The notes under the pieces were generated by a model, which saw only the letters and a list, made by a program, of their open reading frames with translations, ran no database searches and had not been told where the DNA came from. This document shows positions 19,236-31,120 of a stretch of DNA of 64,000 bases, piece by piece (position 1 is the stretch's first letter; each line of letters starts with the position of its first letter). The stretch is taken from NCBI GenBank assembly GCA_030827545.1, contig JAUREG010000006.1:87-64086 (forward strand), given 5' to 3'. Both the position numbers and the translations under genes were made by a program. Origin of the DNA: Acidimicrobiales bacterium (GTDB taxonomy: Bacteria; Actinomycetota; Acidimicrobiia; Acidimicrobiales; Ilumatobacteraceae).

Positions 19236-20300
19236 ATGATTAGCGAAAATCGCAAGTCAAAAACACGCGTCGTCGTTTTATTTGGTGGTGAATCTGCCGA
19301 GCACGATGTCAGTTGCGTGACTGCAGCCCATGTTCTGCGCGCTCTTGATCCACAGAAGTACGAAGTGTCGACTGTTGGCATCACTCGTGAAGGCAGGTGG
19401 GTTCAATCAGAGTTGCCGCAATCACAGAGTGTCAAAGCGCTGAGTGCGACAGGGTCTACAACAAGTTCGAACTTGGCTTTTGAAAAGACTTCTGAAAAAG
19501 AATCGCTAGTAGTTATTCCGTTGTTGCACGGCCCGATGGGCGAAGACGGCACCGTACAAGGTTTGCTCGAACTCGCGCATGTTGCATATGTCGGTTCAGG
19601 CGTTTTGGCCAGCGCAGTCGCAATGGATAAATCAGTCGCCAAACAAATCATGTCGGCAAACGGCATCGCCCAACAAAAGTTCTTAACTGTCAGAGACACC
19701 GACGATGCAAATTCAGCAATAGATCGTGCCATCAAAGAATTTGGTTTACCAATGTTCGTCAAACCAGCCAACATGGGCTCATCAATTGGTGTGAGCAAAG
19801 TCAAAACTCGACAAGAAGCAGACAAAGCATTAGCTAAAGCATTCGAATATGACGAATGGGTTCTCATCGAAGAAGCCATAACGGGTCGCGAAATCGAGGT
19901 TGCAGTTCTCGGCAATGAGTCGCCTCGTGCTTCAGTGCCGGGCGAAATTGTTCCGAGCCACGAGTTCTACGACTATGACGACAAATATGTTGGCGACGGT
20001 GCTCAGTTGCTGGTGCCGGCACCACTTTCAGCTGCAGAGATTTCTGAAGTGCAGCAGCTTGCGATCAAGATCTACCGAACTCTTCGCAGCGACGGCATGG
20101 CTCGAGTTGACTTCTTTTACGAAGAGGGTAAGCGGGGCTTTTTGTGCAACGAGATCAACACAATCCCTGGTTTTACGCCGATCTCTATGTATCCAAAGCT
20201 TTGGCAAGCCTCAGGTGTCAGTTACCCCGAGTTAATCGACGAACTAATTTCGCTCGCACTCGCCCGTCACGCCAAGCGTCGTAACAAAACTTCGCGCTAA
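19236..20300 (+). CDS. ddl: D-alanine--D-alanine ligase
   Basis: VLFGGESAEHDVS, HGPMGEDGTVQGLLE, FVKPANMGSSIGV, EINTIPGFT. Confidence 0.93.
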   Translation: MISENRKSKTRVVVLFGGESAEHDVSCVTAAHVLRALDPQKYEVSTVGITREGRWVQSELPQSQSVKALSATGSTTSSNLAFEKTSEKESLVVIPLLHGPMGEDGTVQGLLELAHVAYVGSGVLASAVAMDKSVAKQIMSANGIAQQKFLTVRDTDDANSAIDRAIKEFGLPMFVKPANMGSSIGVSKVKTRQEADKALAKAFEYDEWVLIEEAITGREIEVAVLGNESPRASVPGEIVPSHEFYDYDDKYVGDGAQLLVPAPLSAAEISEVQQLAIKIYRTLRSDGMARVDFFYEEGKRGFLCNEINTIPGFTPISMYPKLWQASGVSYPELIDELISLALARHAKRRNKTSR

Positions 20301-20311
20301 ATGCGCGTCGC

Positions 20312-20899
20312 TCACGAACCTGCTGGCGGAATATTTATCTTCATTCCGGCGAATAAAAACACATCCGTGCTCGACCATTGGTTGGCTGCCAATAGCGCCG
20401 GCATAGAAACGCAGAACTTCTTGATGATCACAAACAACGAGTCACCCTGAGCAACTTCATAAGTGCCGGCGGGTCGGTTGCCGCAACCAGGTTTGCCGAC
20501 AGGGTTCGCGGTTGTAGTTTGCTGAACGTTTGTCGACACGACTTGTGCCGACGGCGGAATACGCAACTTGCGTCCCGGATACGGAAACTGCGATGCCGCT
20601 ACTAGCCCGTTCCAAGCCAAAAGCTCAGTAACTGTGATTCCGAACAAAGTGGAAACTTTGATCGGTGAATCTCCAGCTTGAACGATGTATTCCTGTTCGA
20701 CACCGATTGCGCCGGGCGGCAACGTGGTTGTCGTATTCGGCAAAGTTGTTTGCACCGGCGGGATCGTTGCAAAGTCGGTCGGCCCAATAGGCACGACAGT
20801 TGTTGCGGTGCCTGATACATCTACACCACATGCACTCACCGCAAATGACGAGACGATTATTGCAATGCACGCGAATTGAAATTTACGACTCAGCATCAC
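20312..20899 (-). CDS. secreted/lipoprotein with two LysM domains
   Basis: Signal peptide with lipobox AVSACG. Two LysM repeats (YIVQAGDSPIKVSTLFGITVTELLAWNG; YEVAQGDSLFVIIKKFCVSMPALLAANQ). Confidence 0.8.
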   Translation of the reverse strand: MMLSRKFQFACIAIIVSSFAVSACGVDVSGTATTVVPIGPTDFATIPPVQTTLPNTTTTLPPGAIGVEQEYIVQAGDSPIKVSTLFGITVTELLAWNGLVAASQFPYPGRKLRIPPSAQVVSTNVQQTTTANPVGKPGCGNRPAGTYEVAQGDSLFVIIKKFCVSMPALLAANQWSSTDVFLFAGMKINIPPAGS

Positions 20900-20957
20900 G
20901 TTCTATCGTAAACGATTTTTATTGCGATAGCTGATCACGCCCGTTTTGAGAAACAAA

Positions 20958-22418
20958 TCAATTCAATGGCTTTGCCGAAGCGACAATTGGCGATGGCAAA
21001 TCGGTATGACCCATTAAATATTTGTCGACTCCGGCCGCTGCTGCCCGCCCTTCAGCAATTGCCCAGACGATCAAACTCTGACCGCGACCCATGTCACCAG
21101 CAACAAATACACCACTAACACTCGACATATATGAGTCGTTTCGCGCGATATTGCCACGCTCATCAAACTTGAGCCCGAGGCTCTCAATCCACGACGACTT
21201 TTCGGGGCCAACAAAACCGAGTGCCAATAAAACCAAGTCGGCTTTCAGTTCGCGTTGCGAGCCTTCAATCGGCACAAAACTGCCGTTTTCAGATTTGACA
21301 TCAGTAATTACCAAAGCGCGAACATTGCCATGTTCGTCACCTACAAACTTTTCAGTTGAAACGGCAAACATTCGCTCGCCACCTTCTTCGTGAGCCGAAG
21401 ATGTTCTGAAAATAAAACTCCACTGAGGCCATGGATTATTGGCTGCACGTGTCGCAGGCGGCTGCGGCAAAATCTCGAGTTGCGTTATTGATGCAGCACC
21501 CTGACGTATTGCGGTGCCCAAACAGTCGGCACCAGTGTCGCCACCGCCGATAATCACTACGTGTTTGCCTTTAGCTGAGATATCTGTTTCGGCAAAATCG
21601 CCTTGTTGCACTTTGTTCGCAGGTGGCAGATACTCCATCGCTTGATGAATACCGTTGAGTTCACGACCTTGCACATTCAAATCGCGCCAGTTTGTTGCGC
21701 CACAAGCAAGAACCACTGCATCGTGTGACGCCAACAAAACATCGATATCAACGTTTTCGCCAACAGTTGCGTTCGTTCGAAAGATTGTTCCCTCAGCAGA
21801 CATTTGCTTAATGCGTCGTTCGATATTGATTTTTTCCATCTTGAATTCCGGAATTCCATAGCGAAGCAAGCCGCCAATGCGGTCGGCACGCTCAAGAACC
21901 AAAACATCGTGACCCACTCGAGTCAACTGTTGCGCTGCAGCCAAACCCGCAGGACCTGAACCAATCACAACCACGCGCTTGCCGGTTTTCTGCGACGGCA
22001 TCTGCGGCGTCACCCAACCTTCACGCCAGGCGCGATCAATGATTTCTACTTCAACTTGCTTAATCGTCACTGCGTCAGAGTTGATGCCGAGCACACACGC
22101 CGACTCGCACGGTGCCGGGCACAGTCGCCCAGTAAATTCTGGAAAATTATTTGTTGCGTGTAAACGCTCGATGGCATCGCGCCAGTTTCCGCGATACACG
22201 AGATCATTCCAATCTGGTATCAAGTTTCCGAGCGGACATCCGTTGTTGCAAAACGGAATTCCACAGTCCATGCAGCGACCAGCCTGTCTCGTCAACTCGT
22301 CAACAGGAAACGGCTCGTATACCTCTTTCCAATCTTGCACTCGCACGGGTATTCGTCGTCGCTTTGGCGTCTGACGATCCCACTTCAAAAAACCGGTTGG
22401 CTCACCCATTTGCACCAA
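20958..22418 (-). CDS. gltD: glutamate synthase (NADPH) small subunit
   Basis: [17 protein letters not shown] Fe-S region and [13 protein letters not shown] dinucleotide fold. Overlaps the gltB stop. Confidence 0.93.
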   Translation of the reverse strand: MVQMGEPTGFLKWDRQTPKRRRIPVRVQDWKEVYEPFPVDELTRQAGRCMDCGIPFCNNGCPLGNLIPDWNDLVYRGNWRDAIERLHATNNFPEFTGRLCPAPCESACVLGINSDAVTIKQVEVEIIDRAWREGWVTPQMPSQKTGKRVVVIGSGPAGLAAAQQLTRVGHDVLVLERADRIGGLLRYGIPEFKMEKINIERRIKQMSAEGTIFRTNATVGENVDIDVLLASHDAVVLACGATNWRDLNVQGRELNGIHQAMEYLPPANKVQQGDFAETDISAKGKHVVIIGGGDTGADCLGTAIRQGAASITQLEILPQPPATRAANNPWPQWSFIFRTSSAHEEGGERMFAVSTEKFVGDEHGNVRALVITDVKSENGSFVPIEGSQRELKADLVLLALGFVGPEKSSWIESLGLKFDERGNIARNDSYMSSVSGVFVAGDMGRGQSLIVWAIAEGRAAAAGVDKYLMGHTDLPSPIVASAKPLN

Positions 22419-25400
22419 CCTTTGCCCTCTTGCTCTGTTCGGCGATCACTCGCGCATAGTCACGCGGCAAAACTTTTCGAATTTTGGCAAATGACGTCTT
22501 CCAATCAGACAAAATTTCTTGTGCACGCACAGAGTTGGTTAACGCGGCATGACGACTGATCATTGTCTTCAACCAAGTGACATCCTCTTTTTCAAGAGCA
22601 ACAATGTCAACCAATTCGGTGTTAACTCTCGAACCAAATTCGCCATCGACGTCGTAGACAAATGAAATGCCACCAGACATTCCGGCTGCAAAGTTTCTGC
22701 CAGTAATGCCGAGCACGACAACCCTGCCACCTGTCATATATTCACAACCATGGTCACCGACACCTTCGACAACAGCAGTCACACCAGAATTGCGAACACA
22801 AAACCGCTCTCCGACTATGCCCGAGATAAATATCTCACCACTAGTGGCGCCGTAACCAATCACGTTTCCAGCGATCACATTTTCATGTGCGACAAACTTT
22901 GCTCGCTGATCGGGATGAAGAATAATCCGGCCACCAGATAGTCCTTTACCCAAGTAATCATTCGAATCGCCTTCAAGCGTCATTTCGATGCCATGCGGCA
23001 CGAAAGCACCAAAACTCTGACCAGCCGAACCAACAAACTTCAACCTGATCGTCGCCTCAGGCAAACCTTTTGCGCCATATCGCTTTGTCACTTCATAACC
23101 GAGCATCGTGCCGACAGTTCGGTTCGTATTGTTGATCTTGTATTCATTGTTAGTTGGCAAGGCATCGTCAAGCGACTTGGCGCAGTCAACAATCAGTTTG
23201 TTATCAAGTGCCTCGCTTAGAGCATGGTCTTGCGCTGTTGATTTGTAAGGCGTCTGCTTGTAAGGATTTTGTGGCGCCATCAAAATTGGCGAAATGTCAA
23301 GCCCACGGGCCTTCCAATGGTCTACCGCAACTCGCGCATCAAGCATCTCGACTCGACCGACGGCTTCTTGAAGTGTTCGAAAACCGAGTTGCGCCAAATA
23401 TTCGCGAACCTCGGCAGCAACAAACTCGAAGAAATTCACAACGAATTCAGGCTTGCCTGCAAACTTTTTACGTAACTCAGGGTTTTGAGTCGCAATACCT
23501 ACCGGACACGTATCTAAATGGCAAACGCGCATCATGATGCAACCGCTCACAACAAGTGGCGCAGTCGCAAAACCAAACTCTTCGGCGCCAAGAAGGGCTG
23601 CGATCATTACGTCGCGACCTGTCTTCATCTGACCGTCGGCCTGAACAACGATTCGATCTCGGAGACCATTCAACATCAGTGTTTGCTGCGTCTCAGCCAA
23701 ACCCAACTCCCAAGGTGCGCCGGCATGTTTAAGAGACGTCAACGGCGACGCACCAGTGCCACCGTCATGACCAGAAATCAGCACAACATCGGCTTTGGCT
23801 TTAGCAACGCCAGCGGCGACTGTGCCCACACCAACTTCGGCAACGAGTTTGACGTGTACTCGCGCAACTGGGTTCGAATTTTTAAGATCGTGAATTAACT
23901 GTTTGAGATCTTCAATTGAATAAATGTCGTGATGCGGTGGTGGCGAAATCAAACCAACACCAGCCGTTGAGTGTCGAGTCTTAGCAATCCATGGATACAC
24001 CTTGTGCGCCGGCAATTGACCACCCTCGCCCGGTTTGGCACCTTGTGCCATTTTGATTTGCAAATCATCTGCGTTCACTAAATATTCACTCGTCACACCG
24101 AATCGGGCTGACGCAACTTGTTTAATTGCTGATCGCTTCGAGTCACCGTTAGCCATTGCGATATAGCGCTCCGAGTCTTCTCCGCCCTCGCCTGTATTGC
24201 TCTTGGCGCCAATGCGGTTCATCGCAATCGCCAAGTTTTCATGTGCTTCGGCCGAAATTGATCCATAACTCATTGCGCCGGTAGAAAATCGCTTAACAAT
24301 CTCACTGATCGGCTCAACTTCGTCGATCGAGATCGGCTCGCGTGCATCAGAAAACTCGAACAGTCCTCGCAAAGTTGAAAGCACTCGCGACTGATCATCC
24401 ACTGACTTTGTATATTGCTTAAAAATGTCATAGCGACCCGAGCGAGTTGAATGTTGCAAACGATAAACAGTTTCCGGATTAAACAGATGGTGCTCGCCTT
24501 CTCGACGCCACTGATATTCGCCACCGAGTTCAAGCTGTCGATGTCTTCGCTGATCTGGTCGCGATGGATATGCAGTCGCATGACGAGCCGCAACCTCTTG
24601 GGCAATTTCATCTAATGAAATTCCGCCCAATCGTGAGACAGTGCCAGTAAAGAATTCGTCGACGAGTTCACGCGACAAACCAATCGCTTCAAAAATCTGT
24701 GCCCCCGTATACGACGCAACAGTTGAAACACCCATCTTCGACATGACTTTCAAAACGCCCTTACCCGACGCTTTGATGTAATTTTTGATCGCCTTTTGTG
24801 CGTCCATCGCACCTAGACCAAACATTCCGCCCGACTCGCCGCCTGCAGCCGCCACATCAACACTGCTATTCACCATGTCTTCGATCGTCTCGAACGCAAG
24901 ATACGGATTAATCGCGCCAGCCCCATAACCAATCAGCAGCGCCATGTGATGCACCTCGCGCGCATCGCCCGTTTCGATGATTAAACCAACTTTTGTGCGC
25001 TGCTTTTGTCGAATCAAATGGTGATGTACCGCGCTAGTCAACAACAAACTTGGTATTGGCGCGAACGTATCATCACTATTGCGATCTGAAATCACGACGA
25101 TGCGCGAACCTTCATCAATCGCTTTTGACACGCACTCACGCACCTCATCGATTGCACTTCGCATCGCTTCAGCACCGTCGGCGACTCGGTAAAGCCCGCT
25201 TACAACAACAGACTTCAAATGTTCAAAGTTTCCATCGTCGTTGATGTGAATGATCTTGGCTAATTCATCATTGTCGATAATCGGAAATGGCAAAACAAGT
25301 TGCTTGCAGTTTTCGGCCGTCGCCTGCAACAAGTTGCCTTCTGGTCCGCAAGTTGAGCCAACTGATGTGACAATCTCTTCGCGAATCGCATCAAGCGGCG

Positions 25401-26952
25401 GATTCGTAACTTGTGCGAACATTTGCGAAAAGTAGTCGAACAAAAGTCTCGGCCGCTCTGACAAAACAGCAATCGGTGTATCGGTGCCCATAGACCCGAT
25501 TGGCTCTGAACCTGTCAATGCCGTCGGCGCCATTATCAACTTCAACTCTTCGTGCGTGTAGCCAAACATTTGCTGGCGACGAAGAACGCTCTCGTGACTG
25601 AAGACAACATGTTCTCGGTCAGCAAGCTTTTCAAGCTCAACTTGTCCATCGTTTAACCACTTTTCGTAAGGTTCGCTGGCGGCGAGAGATTCTTTGATTT
25701 CATCGTCACCAATTATTCGGCCTTGCGAAGTATCAACGAGCAGCATCTTGCCCGGCTGCAAGCGCCCTTTAGCAACGATCTTTGCTGGGTCAATATCAAC
25801 AACACCAACTTCGCTCGCCATAATCACGCGATCATCATCGGTGACCCAATATCGACTCGGTCGCAAACCGTTGCGATCTAAAACTGCGCCAATCACTGTG
25901 CCGTCAGTGAATGCAACACTTGCCGGTCCATCCCATGGCTCGATCAAAGATCCGTGATAGCGGTAAAACGCTCGCTTTGTCTGAGACATCGTTGTCGAGT
26001 TCTCCCAAGCTTCGGGAATCATCATCAACATTGCGTGTGGCAAACTTCGGCCCGACAAATGCAAAAGTTCAAGCACTTCGTCGAAACTTGCCGAGTCAGA
26101 GCCGCCAATCGTGCAAATCGGAAACGCTTTTTCTAAATCAGGGATCAACTCAGTGGCCAACAGCGACTCTCGCGTCCGCATCCAGTTTCGGTTTCCCTGA
26201 ACTGTGTTGATCTCACCGTTGTGTGCGATGTATCGATATGGGTGCGCCAATGGCCACGAAGGAAACGTATTCGTTGAGAATCTGCTGTGCACCAGCACCA
26301 AGGCCGACTCGATTCGCTCGTCACTCAAGTCGGCGAAAAACATCTGCAACTCTGGCGTGGTCAACATGCCCTTATATATGAATGTTCGTGACGACAACGA
26401 CGGAAAATAAGTCTTGAGTTCGTCAGACAATTCGTGCTCAATGCGTTTGCGCAAAATAAACAGTCTGCGATCTAGATCGATCAACTTTGCGCCGCTTGGG
26501 TCATCCACAAAAAACTGCATGAAAGTTGGCATCACACGCAACGCACTCGCGCCAAGACAACTCGGGTCAACGGGCACGCTTCGCCAGCCGAGTGTGCGCA
26601 ACTTCTGTTCACTAACGATCAGTTCGATTTGCGCTCGCGCTTTGCTTACGAGTTCTTCGTTTTGTGGCAAAAACGCCAAACCCACGCCGTAACTACCGGC
26701 ACTCGGCAAAGCGAAATCAGTAACGGCACTAAAAAACTTGTGCGGAATCTGCAACAAAATACCCGCACCATCACCCGTTTGCGTCTCGGCACCTGTCGCG
26801 CCGCGGTGTTCCATACTGCAAAGCGCGCCGAGGCCAGTTGAAACAATTTCATGACTCGCCCGACCATGCATATCGACGACAAATGAAACGCCGCAGGCAT
26901 CATGCTCGAATCGTGGGTCGTAGAGACCTATCGCTTGTGGTGTGTCTTGCAA
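22402..26952 (-). CDS. gltB: glutamate synthase large subunit
   Basis: 1516 aa. Ntn amidotransferase Cys after a short propeptide ([11 protein letters not shown]). FMN and GXGXG domains. TTG start with RBS AAGAGG. Confidence 0.95.
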   Translation of the reverse strand: MQDTPQAIGLYDPRFEHDACGVSFVVDMHGRASHEIVSTGLGALCSMEHRGATGAETQTGDGAGILLQIPHKFFSAVTDFALPSAGSYGVGLAFLPQNEELVSKARAQIELIVSEQKLRTLGWRSVPVDPSCLGASALRVMPTFMQFFVDDPSGAKLIDLDRRLFILRKRIEHELSDELKTYFPSLSSRTFIYKGMLTTPELQMFFADLSDERIESALVLVHSRFSTNTFPSWPLAHPYRYIAHNGEINTVQGNRNWMRTRESLLATELIPDLEKAFPICTIGGSDSASFDEVLELLHLSGRSLPHAMLMMIPEAWENSTTMSQTKRAFYRYHGSLIEPWDGPASVAFTDGTVIGAVLDRNGLRPSRYWVTDDDRVIMASEVGVVDIDPAKIVAKGRLQPGKMLLVDTSQGRIIGDDEIKESLAASEPYEKWLNDGQVELEKLADREHVVFSHESVLRRQQMFGYTHEELKLIMAPTALTGSEPIGSMGTDTPIAVLSERPRLLFDYFSQMFAQVTNPPLDAIREEIVTSVGSTCGPEGNLLQATAENCKQLVLPFPIIDNDELAKIIHINDDGNFEHLKSVVVSGLYRVADGAEAMRSAIDEVRECVSKAIDEGSRIVVISDRNSDDTFAPIPSLLLTSAVHHHLIRQKQRTKVGLIIETGDAREVHHMALLIGYGAGAINPYLAFETIEDMVNSSVDVAAAGGESGGMFGLGAMDAQKAIKNYIKASGKGVLKVMSKMGVSTVASYTGAQIFEAIGLSRELVDEFFTGTVSRLGGISLDEIAQEVAARHATAYPSRPDQRRHRQLELGGEYQWRREGEHHLFNPETVYRLQHSTRSGRYDIFKQYTKSVDDQSRVLSTLRGLFEFSDAREPISIDEVEPISEIVKRFSTGAMSYGSISAEAHENLAIAMNRIGAKSNTGEGGEDSERYIAMANGDSKRSAIKQVASARFGVTSEYLVNADDLQIKMAQGAKPGEGGQLPAHKVYPWIAKTRHSTAGVGLISPPPHHDIYSIEDLKQLIHDLKNSNPVARVHVKLVAEVGVGTVAAGVAKAKADVVLISGHDGGTGASPLTSLKHAGAPWELGLAETQQTLMLNGLRDRIVVQADGQMKTGRDVMIAALLGAEEFGFATAPLVVSGCIMMRVCHLDTCPVGIATQNPELRKKFAGKPEFVVNFFEFVAAEVREYLAQLGFRTLQEAVGRVEMLDARVAVDHWKARGLDISPILMAPQNPYKQTPYKSTAQDHALSEALDNKLIVDCAKSLDDALPTNNEYKINNTNRTVGTMLGYEVTKRYGAKGLPEATIRLKFVGSAGQSFGAFVPHGIEMTLEGDSNDYLGKGLSGGRIILHPDQRAKFVAHENVIAGNVIGYGATSGEIFISGIVGERFCVRNSGVTAVVEGVGDHGCEYMTGGRVVVLGITGRNFAAGMSGGISFVYDVDGEFGSRVNTELVDIVALEKEDVTWLKTMISRHAALTNSVRAQEILSDWKTSFAKIRKVLPRDYARVIAEQSKRAKVGANG

Positions 26953-27030
26953 AATTGTCGCCTCTTAAAGTTTGGTTTCAGCCACCAATTGGCTGACTAA
27001 ACGAGACGACGCTGGCTCGAGATTTAAAGT

Positions 27031-27891
27031 CTAGACAGTTGGCGGTCTAAATTTCGCCGGCCTTTTTTCGAAATTCGACATCACGGCTTCGACCTGATTT
27101 GGCTTACCGATTAGCGAATAAATGATGCGTCGCTCTTCAGCAAAATGCTCGGCCGCCCCTGCATTCGACAGGCGGTTAATCAACGCCTTCGCGCCACGCA
27201 CCGCGTCGGGGCTTCGATCGGCGATCTCACGGGCAATCTGCATCGCCGTTTCAAACGGCGTGTCACTCACGCGTGTAACCACACCGAGCGCATGAGCTTC
27301 GACGCCCGAGATGATTCGCGCGCTGAAAACCAAATCTTTTGCGACATCGTCGCGCACAAGTCGCGACAACATCAAGGTGCCCGTCATGTCGGGTATCAAA
27401 CCCCAATGCACCTCACGCATCGCAAACTGCGTTTCGCCGTGCGCAACGCGAATGTCGGCACCGAGTGCCAGTTGCATGCCGCCACCAAGTGCGTGACCTT
27501 GCAAAGCTGCAACAACAGGCACTGGCACTTCTTGCCACACCCAACAAATCTGTTGTGCCAAATGCGTGATCGCACCAGGTTGCATTGCGCCTGCGTTCTC
27601 GCTCGAACTTGTGCTGGCTTTGCTGCCGTCGCCGTTTTTTCCACTGTCGGCCATCGACTGAAAACTTCCAAAGTCAAGCCCAGCACAAAACGAGTTACCG
27701 TTGCCCGACAAAACAACAGCGCGAATCTCGCGATTAGTCACAAGGTCGTGACCCGCTTTTGCAATCGCATCAAACATCGGTGGGTCAAGCGCGTTGCGCT
27801 TGTCGGCGCGATCAAGTCGCACGTCGGCAATGCCGTCGCTAATCGTCACCGTGACTCTGTCGTTGTAGTTTTTGGCCTCAGTTGCCGACAT
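27031..27891 (-). CDS. enoyl-CoA hydratase/isomerase (crotonase) family protein
   Basis: Crotonase fold motifs LSGNGNSFCAGLDF and GHALGGGMQLAL. M6 (27891) is preferred over the track start at 27906. Confidence 0.8.
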   Translation of the reverse strand: MSATEAKNYNDRVTVTISDGIADVRLDRADKRNALDPPMFDAIAKAGHDLVTNREIRAVVLSGNGNSFCAGLDFGSFQSMADSGKNGDGSKASTSSSENAGAMQPGAITHLAQQICWVWQEVPVPVVAALQGHALGGGMQLALGADIRVAHGETQFAMREVHWGLIPDMTGTLMLSRLVRDDVAKDLVFSARIISGVEAHALGVVTRVSDTPFETAMQIAREIADRSPDAVRGAKALINRLSNAGAAEHFAEERRIIYSLIGKPNQVEAVMSNFEKRPAKFRPPTV

Positions 27892-27964
27892 TTTGACTCC
27901 GATCATTCAAAATTTAGTCTCACCAAGTCTCGCATGGCTTCGGGCTCGTGGCACACTTGAAGCC

Positions 27965-28612
27965 ATGAAACTTAACCTGACAAATGATGAACTTCTTTCA
28001 ACCACTCGCAGTGTGCGCAAGCGTCTTGACTTTGACCGCCCTGTTGAACGTGCAGTCGTCGAAGAATGCCTGAACCTTGCATTGCAGGCGCCAACCGGTA
28101 GCAACAGCCAAGGCTGGCACTGGATCGTGGTTGAAGACGCTGCTAAGCGCAAAGCACTCGCCGACATTTATAAAGAAAATTTCAAACTCTATGCCAGCCT
28201 TCCTGGTCGAAAATACGCCGACGGTGATCAACGCATCGCACAAATGCCAAAAGTCCGCGACTCAGCGATGTTTCTCGCCGACGAGATGCATCGCGCACCA
28301 ATGTTGATGATCCCATGTATTGAAGGTCGCCTCGAAAATGTCGATGTCGCAACAGGCGCTGGCGGTTGGGGCTCGCTTTTGCCAGCAGTCTGGAGTTTCA
28401 TGTTGGCTCTGCGCAGCCGCGGCATGGGTTCTGCTTGGACAACAATTCACCTAATTCTTGAGGGCGAGAAAAAAGCCGCAGAGATCCTCGGTATTCCGTA
28501 CGACAAAATCACGCAAGGTGGTTTGTTTCCGATTGCCTACACAGTCGGCACCGAATTCAAGCCCGCAAAACGACTGCCGCTCGAAAAAGTTCTGCACTGG
28601 GACAAGTGGTAA
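27965..28612 (+). CDS. nitroreductase family protein
   Basis: TTRSVRKRLDFDRPVE and APTGSNSQGWHWIVV motifs. ATG at 27965 avoids divergent overlap with the hydratase gene. Confidence 0.75.
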   Translation: MKLNLTNDELLSTTRSVRKRLDFDRPVERAVVEECLNLALQAPTGSNSQGWHWIVVEDAAKRKALADIYKENFKLYASLPGRKYADGDQRIAQMPKVRDSAMFLADEMHRAPMLMIPCIEGRLENVDVATGAGGWGSLLPAVWSFMLALRSRGMGSAWTTIHLILEGEKKAAEILGIPYDKITQGGLFPIAYTVGTEFKPAKRLPLEKVLHWDKW

Positions 28613-28645
28613 TAAACTGTTCTCCCCGACAGAAATGAAACGAGC

Positions 28646-30928
28646 ATGACAACGAAATCAAGTGCTGCCAGTGCGGGCACACCAATCGATCTTGTAAACG
28701 GCGTTTATACAAAACTGCCAAAAAATGTTGCGCTCGGTCGCAAGCGCCTTGGTCGACCATTGACTCTCACCGAAAAGATTTTGATCAACCATCTCACGAG
28801 GCCCGCAAAACAAGAACTCGAACGTTCAAGAAGTTATGCCGACTTCGCACCAGACCGAGTTGCCATGCAAGACGCAACTGCGCAAATGGCTCTGTTGCAA
28901 TTCATGACTGCTGGTTTGCCGACAACTGCAGTGCCCTCAACCGTTCACTGCGATCACTTGATCTTGGCAAAATCTGGCGCACGCATCGACATGGGCGTCG
29001 CGATCGACACAAATAAAGAGGTCTATGACTTCTTGCGTTCGGTTTCTGCAAAATATGGCATCGGTTTCTGGGGCCCAGGTAGCGGCATCATTCACCAAGT
29101 TGTGCTCGAGCACTACGCGTTTCCAGGCGGCATGATGATCGGCACCGACAGTCACACACCAAACGCAGGTGGTCTTGGCATGATTGCAATCGGCGTTGGT
29201 GGCGCAGACGCCGTAGACGTGATGACAGGTTTTCCATTTAATGTTCGCTGGCCAAAAGTTATTGGCGTCAAACTGACGGGCCAACTTTCCGGATGGTCAA
29301 GCCCCAAAGATGTGATTCTCGAAGTTGCACGAGTTCTCACCGTCGAAGGTGGCACCGGAGCGGTCATTGAATACTTTGGTGAAGGTGCTGACACAATTTC
29401 GGCAACCGGCAAAGCAACAATTTGCAACATGGGTGCCGAAATCGGCGCAACTTGTTCGGTGTTCGGCTACGACCAACACATGTCTGAGTACCTCAAAGCC
29501 ACAGGTCGCAGCGAAATTGCCCTAGCCGCCGACAAAGTCGCTGAGCACTTGCGACCAGATGACGGTGCGCTTTACGACCAAACAATTGAAATCGATCTCT
29601 CGACACTAAAGCCATTGATCAACGGTCCGCACACGCCCGACCTCGCCCATCGCGTTGGTGCAGGCGTTGCCAAGGCTGCAGCCGAAAACAAGTGGCCACT
29701 CGAAATCTCATCTGCACTCATCGGTAGTTGCACCAACAGCTCGTATGAAGACATCACTCGCGCGGCTTCGGTTGCTCGTTTTGCGGCATCAAAAGGTTTG
29801 AAAGCCAAAACTGAATTACTGATCACACCCGGCTCTGAACAGATTCGCGCCACCATCGAACGCGACGGTCTGCTTGCTGATCTCGAAGCAATCGGTGCAA
29901 CCGTGCTTGCAAACGCATGCGGCCCTTGCATCGGCCAGTGGGAGCGCTCGAAAGACATCACCGACAAAACAAACACGATCGTTAGTTCGTTTAACCGCAA
30001 CTTTCCAAAACGCAACGACGGCTCGGCAAACACATTGAGTTTTGTCACAAGCCCAGACACAGTCATCGCACTCGCTCTTGCGGGTCGTCTTGATTTCGAT
30101 CCAATCACTGACACGCTCACCGCACCAGACGGTTCGCAAGTTTCACTTGCTGCACCACTTGGTGAAGTATTGCCAAAAAATGGCTACGACGCTGGTGCTG
30201 ACACATTCGTCGCCCCGCCTGCCGATGGGTCAGACATCGAAGTCGTTGTTGATCCAAATAGCGATCGATTGCAACTTCTTGAACCATTCGAAAAGTGGGA
30301 TGGCAACGATTTCATTTTCATGCCAATTCTGATGAAAGCCAAAGGCAAATGCACGACCGATCACATTTCGGCGGCCGGTAAGTGGCTGAAGTTCCGCGGT
30401 CATCTTGAAAATATTTCGGGCAATTTGTTTGCGGGCGCAGTCAACGCGTTCACAGGCGCGGTCGGCGAAGGTCTTGACCGATCTGATTATCAAGTTCGCC
30501 CGTATCCAGAGATCGCCAAGAACTACAAAAAGATGCAACTGCAATGGTGTGCTATCGGCGATCAAAACTACGGTGAGGGTTCGTCGCGCGAACACGCCGC
30601 AATGGAGCCTCGCTACCGCGGCGCCTGCGTAATTTTCGCTCGATCATTCGCACGCATCCACGAGACGAATCTCAAAAAGCAAGGCATCGTGCCGCTAACT
30701 TTTGTCAACCCTGACGACTACGACAAGATCGACGAAAAAGACACGATCAGTGTTCGTGGCATGCCACCAGAACCAGACAAACCTGTGCGATGCATAATTC
30801 ACAAAAAAGGTGAAATCGAAATTGAATTCTTCGCCAACCACACTTTCTCGCCCGAGCAAGTGAAATGGTTTAAAGCTGGCAGCGCACTCAACGTCGTTCG
30901 CGAAAAAGTCAAACGCTCCAAGAAATAA
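28646..30928 (+). CDS. acn: aconitate hydratase, ~760-aa mitochondrial-type
   Basis: [13 protein letters not shown]-terminus, DSHTPNAGG, cluster ligands IGSCTNSS and [10 protein letters not shown], and [13 protein letters not shown]...[16 protein letters not shown]. Confidence 0.92.
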   Translation: MTTKSSAASAGTPIDLVNGVYTKLPKNVALGRKRLGRPLTLTEKILINHLTRPAKQELERSRSYADFAPDRVAMQDATAQMALLQFMTAGLPTTAVPSTVHCDHLILAKSGARIDMGVAIDTNKEVYDFLRSVSAKYGIGFWGPGSGIIHQVVLEHYAFPGGMMIGTDSHTPNAGGLGMIAIGVGGADAVDVMTGFPFNVRWPKVIGVKLTGQLSGWSSPKDVILEVARVLTVEGGTGAVIEYFGEGADTISATGKATICNMGAEIGATCSVFGYDQHMSEYLKATGRSEIALAADKVAEHLRPDDGALYDQTIEIDLSTLKPLINGPHTPDLAHRVGAGVAKAAAENKWPLEISSALIGSCTNSSYEDITRAASVARFAASKGLKAKTELLITPGSEQIRATIERDGLLADLEAIGATVLANACGPCIGQWERSKDITDKTNTIVSSFNRNFPKRNDGSANTLSFVTSPDTVIALALAGRLDFDPITDTLTAPDGSQVSLAAPLGEVLPKNGYDAGADTFVAPPADGSDIEVVVDPNSDRLQLLEPFEKWDGNDFIFMPILMKAKGKCTTDHISAAGKWLKFRGHLENISGNLFAGAVNAFTGAVGEGLDRSDYQVRPYPEIAKNYKKMQLQWCAIGDQNYGEGSSREHAAMEPRYRGACVIFARSFARIHETNLKKQGIVPLTFVNPDDYDKIDEKDTISVRGMPPEPDKPVRCIIHKKGEIEIEFFANHTFSPEQVKWFKAGSALNVVREKVKRSKK

Positions 30929-30935
30929 TCCCCTG

Positions 30936-31047
30936 AAATGGGAAAGGCCCCGCTCTTTGGCGGGGCCTCTCAACCTGTAACTAAAGCACTTGGGGGAAGC
31001 GCTCTAGCCGTTCTAGATAAGCCTTGGGGGAGGTCTTATCTGTGATG
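30936..31047 (-). ncRNA. candidate 6C-like sRNA: two hairpins with C-rich loops plus a terminator
   Basis: Minus-strand hairpin 1 (31041..31015): AGAUAAG-a-CC[UCCCCCAA]GG-CUUAUCU. Hairpin 2 (31007..30981): CUAGAGCGC[UUCCCCCAA]GUGCUUUAG, with two G.U pairs that become A.C mismatches on the plus strand. A GC-rich terminator stem (30968..30945) is followed by UUUCCCAUUU. Ends are approximate. Confidence 0.5.
30945..30968 (-). terminator. GC-rich hairpin AGGCCCCGC-N6-GCGGGGCCU; terminator for the candidate sRNA and probably also for acn
   Basis: Perfect 9-bp stem with a 6-nt loop. The U-rich tract (UUUCCCAUUU) is present only on the minus strand. The hairpin sits 17 nt after the acn stop on the plus strand. 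Confidence 0.55.
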
Positions 31048-31053
31048 TTTCTA

Positions 31054-31083
31054 ATTATGCCCCATCGACCACCCATATCTCAA
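31054..31083 (-). promoter_or_regulatory. sigma-70/SigA-like promoter candidate for the 6C-like sRNA
   Basis: On the minus strand, TTGAGA (31083..31078), an 18-nt spacer, then CATAAT (31059..31054). This predicts a start near 31047, just before hairpin 1. Confidence 0.3.
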
Positions 31084-31120
31084 GGCGAACGGCACGATAG
31101 CCCCTATCATTTTTAGAGAT

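Noticed and set aside
20900-20957. Possible ydaO/c-di-AMP-type riboswitch upstream of the LysM cell-wall protein gene, as seen upstream of some actinobacterial cell-wall hydrolase genes.
   Set aside because: The spacer is only 58 nt, far too short for that riboswitch. It contains only a weak CTATCG...CGATAG hairpin, more likely a gltD terminator or promoter element.
31096-31108. Palindrome GATAG-CCC-CTATC, 13 nt upstream of the LysR ATG, considered as a LysR T-N11-A box.
   Set aside because: The spacing (T-N7-A) does not fit the LysR consensus, and a 5-bp half-site palindrome is weak evidence. It is mentioned only as context for the sRNA promoter.
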